Source: Catajapyx aquilonaris (lineage: Eukaryota). From it: DNA of 64,000 nucleotides. The stretch covers positions 1 through 64,000 of the forward strand of contig KZ538505.1 in assembly GCA_000934665.2 (NCBI GenBank), in the 5' to 3' direction. Below the pieces are notes generated by a model that worked only from the letters and a program-made list of their open reading frames with translations, had not been told where the DNA came from and ran no database searches. The translations under genes and the position numbers were made by a program. Positions 32,208 to 44,300 of this stretch are shown here, piece by piece. Every line of letters begins with the position of its first letter. Within the stretch, counting starts at the first letter, position 1.

Positions 32208-35200
32208 CATTGTGGGTAGTGCTTCTGACCCCTTGGATACAAGCACTTTGACCTTTATCTATTTTTTATTGATCGGTGTTACAAATTACAATATGGTGTC
32301 TATTCATTTGAATCACCCAGGCCCACGGGCAGGATGACAGGAGGGGATGTGCAATGTGCAGTGCTAAGTTTCCACAAGGTTTCCAACACATGGTACGTAA
32401 TTTGTGAACTCCCCGGGTGGATATGTATAGGGTCATTCCATGTCAGTACATCCAGCCATGTCACCCACCATCTCAGATTTTCTTGAAATTTTAACTGGGC
32501 AAACTGTGTACTGGGAAACTAATATCCTGAAAATTTTAGCCTCCTAGCTCTTATAGTTCTTGAGCTGTGGCCAGGGAAATGAGGGTGAAAATGGCTACGG
32601 CAGAGTTGTGAAGGCACGACTTGTTTTTCAAAATATTTTATTGTGTGTGAACTAATTGGTGTAGAAAGTTGAAAATATTTGTACTTATGCACAGAAACCT
32701 TCCGATTCCAAAAATGCTGTCAGATTTGTGCTGAGATCATATCTTCACACATTAATCAATAACATTTGTTGGCATGACCTTGAAACTTTCACAGCTCATT
32801 CCCAAAATGTGTATCCTCCAATTTTAATTAAATTGCACCAAAAGAAAGGTCTTGAAGTCTACTTTCTGGAGGTGTAAAAATTTGTCTGTGTATTTGGGTT
32901 TTTCACCTTGATAATGGTACATTAACACAAAGTGTCATTCAACAAGACTGTTCTATTGACACACGCCTTCAGATTGCTATATAAATACTCCAGTATCTGG
33001 ACATGATAATTTGAGTCTCTTTCATTGGCCTAAAGAGGACACAATTACTAAACATTTCATTAACATTTCACTTCAAAACGAGCAAGCACGAACCAAACAT
33101 CTTACAATTGCAAGTGAACTCTTTTGTTGCATGTGTTTACGATCACCATTGATATCTTGGGGTTGTGGATGAAATGGGAAAACATGACTTTGATGGTGAC
33201 GTATATGTGAAATTTATGCATCCACATGGCCCAGCAAGATCCTACTATTGGCCAAATCCTGATGATAAGTGCTGGGTTCCAGTGCAACATGTGCTATGTG
33301 TGGTAGGAATGCCTACTACTGCAACTGGAAGGCAATACCAACTGTCATGGGTGTCGTGCAAGGAAATTGAAGCTGCTTGGTGTAGTTTCACGAAAAAGGA
33401 AAGTGACTTATATAACATGTAAGTTAAAATAAGTTTTGCTTTGGTGTTGTGTCTTTACAAAAATAATTAAGGTGAAGTGGGGTAAGTGCATAAATGGGGT
33501 AAGTGCATATATTGTGCCGCCATATTGGAATGAAAATGGCTTACGACACCAAAACGCGTCAGGCACTCTTTTGTGTAGCTGCACATAACATCCCCCGTGT
33601 TTTAGTGTCGTCAGCCAATTTCATTCCAATAGGGCGGCACAATATATGCACTTACCCCGTGTATGCACTTACCCCACTTCACCTTATACCTAACTGGAAA
33701 ATTTCATAGCAATCTGAAGGCGTGTGTCAATAGAACAGTCTTGTTGATTGACACTTTGTGTTAATGTACCATTATCAAGGTGAAAAACCCAAATACACAG
33801 ACAAATTTTTACACCTCCAGAAAGTAGACTTCAAGACCTTTCTTTTGGTGCAATTTAATTAAAATTGGAGGATACACATTTTGGGAATGAGCTGTGAAAG
33901 TTTCAAGGTCATGCCAACAAATGTTATTGATTAATGTGTGAAGATATGATCTCAGCACAAATCTGACAGCATTGTTGGAATCGGAAGGTTTCTGTGCATA
34001 AGTACAAATATTTTCAACTTTCTACACCAATTAGTTCACACACAATAAAATATTTTGAAAAACAAGTCGTGCCTTCACAACTCTGCCGTAGCCATTTTCA
34101 CCCTCATTTCCCTGGCCACAGCTCAAGAACTATAAGAGCTAGGAGGCTAAAATTTTCAGGATATTAGTTTCCCAGTACACAGTTTGCCCAGTTAAAATTT
34201 CAAGAAAATCTGAGATGGTGGGTGACATGGCTGGATGTACTGACATGGAATGACCCTATAGCGGAAATTCCACCCGAGACGAAGCCAGAGATGACGGGGT
34301 TTTCAAAGGGGTGCTAGCGCACCATTTAGCACCCTCCTGGCTCCGCCACTGCAACTAGTGCTGACATATAGCTACTGCACATTCTTATAAAGCTGATACT
34401 TAGAGTATATTTCACTGGGCTGTGAGGCTATATGCTGAGCCAGCCCCCCATGATCAAATATAACTTAACTTAATAAGTATATTTTCACTTCACTTGCTGG
34501 TAACATCTCACTTGTTTCGCCACTACCAACTCTACACATTTCAGACTTATTATTTATCTGATGCCTTATGTTATGGACACCTCCACTTCCATTAGTGAGG
34601 ATAATCAAGAATGTTTAATGATGAACGAATTTTCATGCAACTGCATTTGTCACTGAGGGCCAGTTGCACCGACCTCAGTATATCTTAGAACCTCGGGTAT
34701 ATCAAGAATTGCCATAGCAATCATTGTTGACCAACAATGATTGCTATGGCAATTCTTGATATACCCGAGGTTCTAAGTTATGCTGAGGTCGGTGCAACTG
34801 GCCCTGAGGGGCTCATTCATGCCTATGCCTTGTTTGTATTGAAAAAAGCTACTGCTGGAGATTGGCCAACATAACACGGATGTTCTCTCATGATATGAAT
34901 GTCCCAACAATAATTATGTAATGTCACTACAACCTCTCATTTGTGATTTGAGGATTTGTTTGTACTTCGAAAGAGTGAGGGTGTCATTCATTAGTAATGG
35001 CACGGAGATGGAAAAAGTGAAAATGTGTAGGACTCACATCCGAGGCAATAGCAGATTGACAGAGTGTAGCCAAGTTCCATCATATTACTGCCATGATTTC
35101 AGATAAGGAAATTCCAGTTTAATCCCTATTGCCATGCAGCACAGTCAGTTAAAGGATTTCCTCACCATCGGAGGCTAATTTCTTTGCCTCAGGTGGTAAG

Positions 35201-35787
35201 GGAATCCTTTATCCGACTACACCAATTTAGTAATCTTCTTGTACTGAGGGAAGTTAGAATGCTAGAAGTTACCTTCCATTTTAAAATAGCTGAATTGTTC
35301 CAGAACCCCTGACTTGTGTATCTCTGAGTCGTGATGGCCAGAGTGTTTTGGTGAACTGTGGAGATGGAGCAGTACGCTTGATGGACAAAGGCAGTGGAGA
35401 AATGCTAGCTGAGTAAGTGATGCATTTCCTTGGAACATTGGCTGAGTTTTAAATAATTACTTTGACAATAGGTACCGAGGACATGAGAGTCGAGACCTGC
35501 AACTGGAGAGCTGCCTGGATCACACAGATTGCCTAGTTATGTCCGCTTCTGCAAATGGTGCCTTGCCATGTTGGGACCTAGTGGAAGGGAACCTCAAGGG
35601 TACCTTGGACCATGGAGGCCGGCCTGTCACTTCTATTCAGGCTCACCCTTCTCAGAATGCTGTCCTAACTGCATGCTCAGGAGAGATCTGGGTTTGGGAA
35701 CCATACACTAGTGATCTTGAAGGTAAAGATGGTGTCATTGTGGATAATGTCTTTTACGCTTCTAGACTTTTTCTTCTCATTCAATAA
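30130..35787 (+). CDS. WDR83: WD repeat-containing protein 83 (MORG1)
   Basis: Exons 30130-30202 (AVRAVRFN), 30293-30428 (DGSYCLTCGSDKSLKLWNP; GHGYEVLDA), 30955-31289, 35304-35412, then 35472 to a stop at 35787 (or a donor at 35723, so the 3' end is uncertain). Confidence 0.9.
32129..32207. repeat. (AAT)n microsatellite
   Basis: Direct reading of the sequence. Confidence 0.95.
32430..34256 (+). mobile_element. Non-autonomous DNA transposon with 551-bp TIRs (Sola2-like)
   Basis: Near-identical TIRs 32430-32980 and 33706-34256, GGG...CCC termini, 4-bp TSD TATA. Internal C-terminal transposase-like remnant FMHPHGPARSYYWP..DDKCWVP (33165-33422). The superfamily call is inferred. Confidence 0.8.
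33470..33684. mobile_element. TA-flanked MITE (Tc1/pogo type) nested in the Sola-like element
   Basis: TIRs AGGTGAAGTGGGGTAAGTGCATA / TATGCACTTACCCCACTTCACCT, with TA on both sides. Confidence 0.85.
34657..34804. mobile_element. Palindromic Harbinger-type MITE
   Basis: 148-bp near-perfect palindrome GGGCCAGTTGCACC...GGTGCAACTGGCCC; TSD TGA. Confidence 0.88.
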
Positions 35788-35878
35788 GTCCTATAAGAAC
35801 AGCTCTGTCAGTCTGTGGGCATGTATCAGGGCCTAAATCACAAGAGATAGCAACAAACCGTTTCCAGATTCAGATTAA

Positions 35879-35965
35879 GGGCCAGTTGCACCCAACAATG
35901 ATTGCTATGGCAATTCTTGTTATACCCGAGGTTCTAAGTTATACTGAGGCCGGTGCAACTGGCCC
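35879..35965. mobile_element. Internally deleted copy of the 34657 MITE
   Basis: Same termini and right arm, most of the left arm missing; TSD TAA. Confidence 0.85.
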
Positions 35966-37332
35966 TAAGTGGACCCTAAACAGGTTTCATAGTTAACTTA
36001 ACTGGTGACTGGCCACTTCCAGTTTACTGGGTTCTCTATCCTCCAAGGTCAACTCTAGATGCTTTTTGGTTGTTTAGGAAGTATTTTCTTTAGGTTACCT
36101 GGCAATGAGAAAGACAGCATTCTGTGTGTTGTTGTCCAATTTGAAGTTCCTTGGCAATGATAAAAAGTCTACTAGAATCGGCTCATATGATTTGCCAATC
36201 CCTTTTCACTGGTGAAATACGTGATGCATGGTGGTGAAGTAAATAAATGTTATAGTTACGGAACCACTGAATACTTCGCAGGGCAGTGATTGACTACTGA
36301 AAGTACAGACCTCATATTCAGAGTTGAATGAAGTAGTCCTTGTTCGAGTTGGCCATCGACTGTAATATAAACATGTCGCAACAGGGTCATTTGCACAATA
36401 CAAATTTTGGGATTGGATACTGTTTTTCATAATTATTAATAGCTGAGTCAATAAATAACATCAATGAAAGCATGATCTGAACACAAATGCATATCGTCGC
36501 TGGCAATCCAATACCTCGTATATCTACGAAGAACCCAACTTTACAGGAGAAGGAAATAACTATTTCTTAAAGTACTGGCACACAACAGAAAATCCCTAAT
36601 TTTTTCCCATGCCTTACAGCACATACGAGGTCTTGCTGCTAATGTTTCCCGGATGTTTGATGTGAGCTTTTGTCATGTACCCACATGGCGCGTTTTGGGT
36701 TGTCTAGGGAACATGAGGTTTTGCCAACAAATGGGGCTTGTATTGACCAGGGTCACCTACATGAGTGCCTCCCCCACCTAGACAGGGTATTGTCTCTACG
36801 ACATATTGGAGCTAAATCAGATAGGAAAAAAACAGTTGAAAAAAAACAAAAAAGAATCGCTTCCCAATTCCCTATCCTGCAGCATGGGGCGGCCATATTG
36901 GAACTAGATTGCATAAGGACTACGTGGAGACAATACCCGGGTTAGGGTGGGGAGGCAACCATGTAGGGGACCCTGGTATTGACTACTGCAAAACCATGGA
37001 AAACTGGAAATCGGCCAAAGTGCGAGATATGAGGCATTGGATTGCCAGAGACGATATGTTGATATTCCCCGTAGTGGGGTGCCATTATGAAATATCACAA
37101 TTTCAGCATCTGCATATGAGGGATGCAATTATTGCAGTAGTTGCTAATTTGAGTATGTTGGGACTTAATTACAGAGCTCCCTGTTGCTGACTGAAGAAGG
37201 AAACAAGAAAAAAAAACCATAAATGTATTAATTTCTATTAAATAATAAAGAGATTTAACCCCATAAGGACATTTTATTCCAATGACATCCGAATAAGTGA
37301 AACAAGTGTGGAATGACAGCCACTTACATTCT

Positions 37333-40300
37333 TTATGGCTTGCATCGGTCCAGGAAACGAGGGTACAAGCATACTTCCCTAATGTGGTGTCTTCCCAACA
37401 GCCAGCACAGGAACCTCTCTAGACCCAACCCATATCCTCCGTGAGGAGCAGACCCAAACTTCCTCTGGTCTGTGTACCAGTAGTATGGAGTGGGGTCAAT
37501 ACCTTCCCTCTTGTATCCTTCCATCAGTTCCTGGTGATCCCAGATACGCATGGACCCACCTACAATCTCACCCACTCCGGGCATCAACAAATCGACTGAC
37601 TCAGTTAATCGGGAATCTTCAGGACAGCGGGGCATGTAGAATGACTTGATGTTGGCTGGAAACCTGCACAGCATTATGGGCATGCCAATTGCATCAGTCA
37701 TGCGTCGCTCTGGCATCTCAGGAATGTCTTCACCAAATTCATAATGTGACCCATCCTCCTTTGTGACGCCATTTTCTTTTAAGTATGCAATTGCCTCAGA
37801 ATAATCCATGCGCTTAAATGGACGCATTGGTGATACAAAGTCAGGGTTCAATTGCTTCAATAGGTCAGCATGGGGGCCTGACACGACACGCTCGACTACA
37901 TCGCATACCAAGTCTTCCAATCTATCAAGCAAGTCTTCAAATGTAATGAATGGACACTCAGCCTCCACATGAGAGTACTCAGCCAGATGACGCCTGGTTC
38001 GACTCTGTTCTGCTCTATAGCTTTGTGCAATGCAGTATACATCGCCCAAGGATGGTAGACAGGTCTCAAGATACAGCTGTGATGACTGAGTCAAGTATGC
38101 CTCTTGTCCAAAGTAGTCCAGGTGAAATAATGTGGACCCACCTTCTACTTGTGTCTGAACCAATGTAGGAGGGCAAACCTCAAAATAACCTCTGGATTGA
38201 TAGTGCTCCCGGAATGCCTGGGCTACAATAGAACGCATTTTCAAAACAGCAGACGTGTTCTCTCCACGTATCACAATGTGGCGCTGATCAAGCAGAACAT
38301 CAGGTAGGGACTCCTCATTCAGTATGGCATCTGCTCCTCCTGCAGGGGCAGCTCCAATGAGTTTCCAGAAATCAGCATGTAACTCATGGTTGCCTGGTGC
38401 TGTTTTATCTTTAGGAACCTCCTTTAAGGTGCCTACAATTTCAACAGAGGATTCAGTTGCAAGTGATATTGCCTCTTGAGTCTTGCAGAGAGCATCAGCT
38501 AGAATACACTGCAGATATCCAGTTCCATCTCGTAGGGTCAGAAATGCCAATGATTTCCCTTGTCGTCGAAGGCGATGAACCCACCCTTTCACCCTCACCC
38601 TCTGTCCTCTCAGTTTCTCCAAAGCATTCAGTTTGGCTGTTGTTGATTTAGGCAGAGTCATGTCCTCTGAAATGGTGATCTGAGCTGCCTCTTCCAAGTT
38701 GCGTGCACGTCTCTCAGCTGCCTCAGCTTCTTTCCTGGCCTTGTCTGATGTCTTTTGTAGGTCCCGCTTGAACATTTTCACAGCTTTCTTCACCTGGGTC
38801 TTGGGAGCAGGCTCATATGTCGTTCCCTCTTCCTTTGCATCAACCATGATAGGTGGAAGTGGTTCCTTTCCTGCAATATGTTTCAGGGCCTGGAGAATGG
38901 TCTTGAATGGCTTCAGTTCAGATCCATCACCTGACTCGTCATCACCAAGCTTGTCAGATGTGTATATGGTCTCTATGAAAGAATAATAATGACATTAGGG
39001 GTGATGTATTACTCACACTAAGAAAGAAATTTTATGCTAACTGTCCAACTATACGCACATAATTATTCCAAGGATACCTGCAAATGGTCATATGATAAAG
39101 TTCGTCCACAGGTGTCATTCTTGCAATTCAAAAAACTTCAGCAACTCCCAAGTTTGTGATCGAATAACTCTGATTGAGATGTTTCAAATACCTCAGCAGC
39201 TTGACTTGAAGTCACAAGTACAGGATGTTTATTCAATGCATGATTTGTCATGGATCCACCAACCAGTCGAATCCCGTGAGCATTTGCAAATGGAACGATT
39301 ATTGTGCAGGGACTCTCAACACCAGTACAATATCTACTCATGTCATGATAGCTTTTCACTGTACACTTACTGACATAATGACACTTCATGTCATGATTAA
39401 AATATGCTCTTTGCACTTCCAAAGGCGCAGATGCATGAGGATCCTCTAACAATTGTAAGCACAATGCCCAGGGGAATATCCAATTTGTCACAAAGGCTTA
39501 CGATGATTCATGATTACGACAAATTTTACACACGAGTAGTTCACCTCATGTTATTATCTACTGCCATCACTGTAAAGCCCCGTTTACATGTGAGCGATCT
39601 GACAAGCGAAGCGGAGCAAAGGCATCTCCGAGTGATGTAACCAATATTGTTTGGGTTGAAAGTAACTATCGATTTTCGCGTCAAACAATACTGGTTACTC
39701 AGGTTACTCAGCGTTGTTATCGCCGGCGATCAGTTCGCTCACATGTAAACGCACCTTTATGCTGATAAAACACAGGCATGTAACGAGTAACCAAGATGGA
39801 ATTTCATTTAATAATGAACTAACAGCTATACTACCCTCTGAATCCCCCTGTATAAACTGTCTAGGAGTCATCACCTATCCTTACATCCTGTTTGTAGTGT
39901 TGCTTGCTGAAAAGGTTGCAACCCCAGACCAATAAAACCAAACTTGCATTAGACCAGAACATGTCAGCCTAGAGAAGACATGGAAATGCTGTACTATATG
40001 GCATTGTTGGGTACACACGATGCAATGCTACTTTGCATGTCACAATCCAAAAGATTTTTAAATGGGATATGCCTCTGGAAGCAGTTCCATACAAATGGTT
40101 GGCAAGGTGTTGCCGTGGTTAGCACCACTGCCTATCACCTCTGAGGTCCTAAGTTTGACCCCTACAGGAATATTACTCTATTCTCTAAAGGCCATTTCAC
40201 AAAAAAAAATGTCGCGCGGTAAACGGCGCGACTTGCGGCAACTTTTTTATTTATATTTATTATTGCCAACAATTGGCAACAATATAAATAAAAAATTTGC

Positions 40301-40610
40301 CGCAAGTCGCGCCGTTTGCCGCGCGACATTTTTTTTGTGAAATGGCCTTAATTATTATGCCATTCCATATCTGTAGTTTTCCTATGTGATGCCCTGGACC
40401 TGGAAATGCTTGTCAATAGCTTACCCTGAGGGGGACAAAATGCACATGCTGCACCATTACTTGAACATGAGGGCAGGTGCCAAGAAGCCATAAAATAACA
40501 AGTACAGCATGCCTGAAAGTTGATGGTTAACACCATAAACATGTAATGTACAGTTGCAACTAGGTACCTTCCAAGCTCATCTTCTCCATTTTCTCGTCAA
40601 TGTCCGGCAT
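37333..40610 (-). CDS. NARS1: Cytoplasmic asparagine--tRNA ligase
   Basis: Exon 40568-40610 (MPDIDEKMEKMSLE) spliced to one long exon, 37333-38972. Contains GWVHRLRRQGK, QTQVEGGSTLF, YLTQSSQLYLE, YRAEQSRTRRHL, GYGLGLERF and LYPRFLDRCKP, typical of eukaryotic AsnRS. Confidence 0.96.
39576..39756. mobile_element. Harbinger-type MITE (GTTTACATGTGAGCGAT family), copy 1
   Basis: TIRs ...CGTTTACATGTGAGCGA / TCGCTCACATGTAAACG; TAA/TTA flanks. Related copies at 47565 and 57863. Confidence 0.8.
40189..40348. mobile_element. Palindromic Harbinger-type MITE in the AsnRS intron
   Basis: AGGCCATTTCACA...TGTGAAATGGCCT, nearly fully palindromic; TSD TAA. Confidence 0.88.
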
Positions 40611-41105
40611 GTCTCGATGTGACCTGAAGGTCCCAGCGATGCAGCCTCCTTTCAGAAAAGTTCTTCCTCTCGAGCAACTGCAGCGAGGCGAGGCCGGGTA
40701 GAAGCCAGCCAGCAGCAGAAGAGTGAGCAGAAGGTGGAATAATGGTGCCAAGCAGGCCGTGCAATGGATGATGAAACTTCCGCAATGTTTCACATCAGAG
40801 CACACCACCCTTTGAATTATTTATCACTTATCGCGACGACTGGCGAAATGAGGAAAACTGCAAAGAAGTCGTTTTGATAAAAATTATTTATTTTCCATAT
40901 CTGCACGCCATGTCGACGCCCACGCAATCAATCCCGGAACTGGACACAAAATGGCAGCGTGCACAGGCCACCATTTGTAGTCCACAGTGACGTCACCTGT
41001 TTTTCCCCCCTTTCTGTTATTGTTAAAGTCGGATAAGTAGATATCCATCCGCAGGCGGAACTATTTTCCCAGTTTCGGCTGGCACCGAGTGGGGGTGAGG
41101 GGCGT

Positions 41106-41160
<55 letters not shown>

Positions 41161-41327
41161 CGCCAAGATGGCCAGGTGGTGCTAGTGTAGTAGATGTTGG
41201 TGTCGGGGAGTGCGCTGCTGGTGCCTGCTGCCTGCCTGACTACTCCTCCTCTGCTGCTGTGTAGCTCAGGGCTGGTGGCGGCCAGACCGGCCCCCACCCA
41301 CCGAGCAGAAGAGCGGCTGGCCGGAGC
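40611..41327. promoter_or_regulatory. Probable bidirectional promoter AsnRS/INTS3
   Basis: Divergent ATGs separated by 717 bp; CRE/ATF palindrome GTGACGTCAC at 40987-40996; (GA)n at 41108-41154; YY1-like AAAATGGC/AAGATGGC motifs. Confidence 0.7.
41108..41154. repeat. (GA)n microsatellite
   Basis: Direct reading of the sequence; potential GAGA-factor site. Confidence 0.95.
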
Positions 41328-44300
41328 ATGGAGGCGGGCAAGGGGTCCCAGCTCCTGTCGAGCACGTGCTTGGAGCCCAGGGACGAGCTGGACGAGGTGA
41401 GGGTGGGCAGGGACCGGTGGGTGGTGGGTGATGGGGCCGCCCCTGGACCCAGCGTGCCCCACCCCTCCCTCCAAAGACATCCATTGCTTAGTCCCCTGCT
41501 GCAGGCGGCCATGACACCGCCTCACTCCCTCACCCAATCGCCTCGCGCACGCAGGAGGGCCAACAGCAGGCGACGGAGGACGGCGCCAGGTGGCCAACCA
41601 CCGATGCTGTCGGCCCGCAATTTTCGAAAAGAGATGGGTGCACGTGGGGGCCCAAGGAAAACATGTTGCCACAGTCGAGTGCACCATACCGTACACATAT
41701 TGTGACCAGTTGCAGGCCAACTTCTTGACATGATGTGAGCTGAAGGAAGTAACAACTAGCTAGTTGAGCTGACATGATAAGCTTGTGGTACTGTACAGAG
41801 TACTATACCAGCTGCGATGTAGGCCAGAATAATGCAAGGGATAGGTGGTCTGAGGGGAAGGTGCAAATTTGTCAGACCCGGAGAGCTTGGACCAAAACCA
41901 GTGTGACAGGATCCGTCTTGGGGTGGGTGATTATGAGATGGTCATGATTCTGGAGACCTAGCTGGACTTGCCGGCAGATTGCCCTCTTGTGTAAATGCAA
42001 CCTGTGCTGCAATTCTGAGACAGTTGTTGTTTTCACAGTGAAGCTGTGAGGCATTGTGATGTGCTCAGGTTTTTACAGTATAACTGATCCACAGCTCAAA
42101 TGGTGTGGGACTATTGCATACAAGTGCATTCATATGTTACTGCAGTTAAATGTCTCATACTTGCACAAACGTTGAGGATGACGAAAGCTCAGCTATTCTG
42201 AGCAAATATTTATTCGTCATCATCCTTATTCATTACATTTTCCCTCAGACAATGCGCAGTCGTCAATGAAGATGGAGAAGCAAGTTAGCGTTAATTAGGA
42301 ACCACAAGTGGCACACATTCATTGCAATAAAACAAGGAATAATGCCATAAATCCACATCTTGGAGAACCCCAAATAATAAAATGTAATAAAAACCTAACT
42401 GGCACAATATATGTGCATGTGACATGGCTCACATGACTCTGGCACTCAACATTCCTTCTGTTGCACCATTCATCCCTTAACCAAATCCCCCAAAATAACA
42501 ATGCATCCAACATAAATTATTTACCTAACCAGCCATATATGGACAGCCTTCTGCCTTCACAGTCAGTAGCAGTTTGTCAATAAAAACAACTACTCTTGCA
42601 CTTAACAAATCTGATCAATGTTGCAGGCAATAAGTACAATATATTGTGTTGTAAATTTACCTGCAATTGCTAATGCAGCATATCACGAGATATGCACTTA
42701 TAACAGGTAAATGCAGCATAGAGGAGTGAGGAATGGTTGTCACATGAAATTTCAAATGAGCATAAGATGAGCAGGGCAAATATTTTCCTAACCCAAACAA
42801 ACTGGTGGATGCTGAGATGTCAGTTGAATAACTTCATGGCTTAGTTTGCATAATAGTAAGAAACTCCATTATTTGCAGGAACTGGAGAGATGTCACACTA
42901 TGGTGCAGCACTTGGTGTCAGGCTTGTCGGAGAAGGAAGCTCATGATGCACTTAGCAGTGCTGCATACAAGGACATAAACAATCACAAGGAGGTCTGCCT
43001 TGGACTACTGTATTCCATTTTGACAGAGCCAGCCAATGCAGCTCGGGTAAATTAACCGCCATTGTCTTGATTCCTTTGCAGAAGAAATACAATAAAAGTG
43101 GGCCACATTCAAGCCAATTCATTGGCACTATAGTTGGAATAAAGGATACTACATAGTGAGATAAGGGTCTTTTTAGGATGTGTGGTGTTGGTGCACTATG
43201 TAGATTCCTTAATGCTTGACCAAGGGATAGCCATTTCATGAAACTGGTGACTGTACACTGTGGTGCACCAAAAGTGACATGAAACCATTGCTTGGCTGCC
43301 ATTTCCATGCCCTGTGCATTTTCATCTTACAGTAGAACCCCATTTATCCGACCGTCCCGGTCGAGTAATAAATGAATGTATTCTCATCAAATACTGTAAC
43401 ACAGGCGTACTAAACATTTGTTTTGTATTGCCCGAGTTAAATTTTAAATAGCAGAGTGTGTACGTAAAAGATAAATTCTTCACTATTTCGTAGAAAAGCA
43501 TAATAATGTCCATTATTTCATGATTTTTTATGCTTTTTGTTGCGTTTTCCCTTGCTCCTCGGATTATCCAACCTTTTCTGCTATCCGACTATGTCCCAGT
43601 CCTGTAGGTGATGAATAATCAGGGTTCTACTCTACTTGGACACTCATAAGAGTGTCATCAAGGGTTAATGATGCACCTGGAAGGACGTACTAATTCTAAG
43701 ACATGTAAATGCAAATAATGATGTTTTTCCTAATGCAATTTGTACACTAGAGCAGAAACTTGCCTACTGTAAAAAAAAATATTACAAGAATAGTGTGATT
43801 CTACTCTACAGTATAGATTTCACTGTAGTACATTTTATGCTTTTTGCCTGCCTTTTGTTTACATATCAAGTGTAAATTTAATGACAACTTATGAAAAATT
43901 AATTTTTAAAAAATCTTATAGAGCTACCGTGATTTGACATTTGTGTCGAGAGATGGTCTACTAGTTGTGACAACAAACCTCAATGGGATCATCTTGGACC
44001 GGTTTGGGCGTATGTGTGACACTGCGAGGGTCCAGCTTCTGTGGCTGGTGAGAGAAATGGTTCGCAACTCAGTTGGAGGTGTGGATGGCGTGTGCTGGAA
44101 TCTTCTGAGACAGATGGCAGGTGGTGATTTAGGAGCACGTAATCTACAGCTGGTGGAGGGACTGCTGGATCTGTTTACGGACAATCGAACCTGGCTTGGA
44201 AGACTCCCATTGCTAGTGGCTGCAGTTGCCTATGCTTACCTTCGCCTGCTGGAGGATCATTTTCCCCCAGCCCTGGCTAACCTGAGGCAGAAGGAAGCCA

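Larger units (their letters stand above)
31657..34351. mobile_element. hAT-type non-autonomous element hosting nested insertions
   Basis: TIRs CAGTGGTGTAGCC / GGCTCCGCCACTG; 8-bp TSD CAAGTAGT / CAACTAGT (7 of 8 match). Confidence 0.75.

Noticed and set aside
39138..39491. 117-aa ORF in the AsnRS intron as a nested gene or extra exon
   Set aside because: No recognisable homology; AsnRS exons 1 and 2 join in frame without it.
41061..41775. Long minus-strand ORFs (e.g. 219 aa)
   Set aside because: Antisense to GC-rich INTS3 exon 1/promoter and running through a GA repeat.
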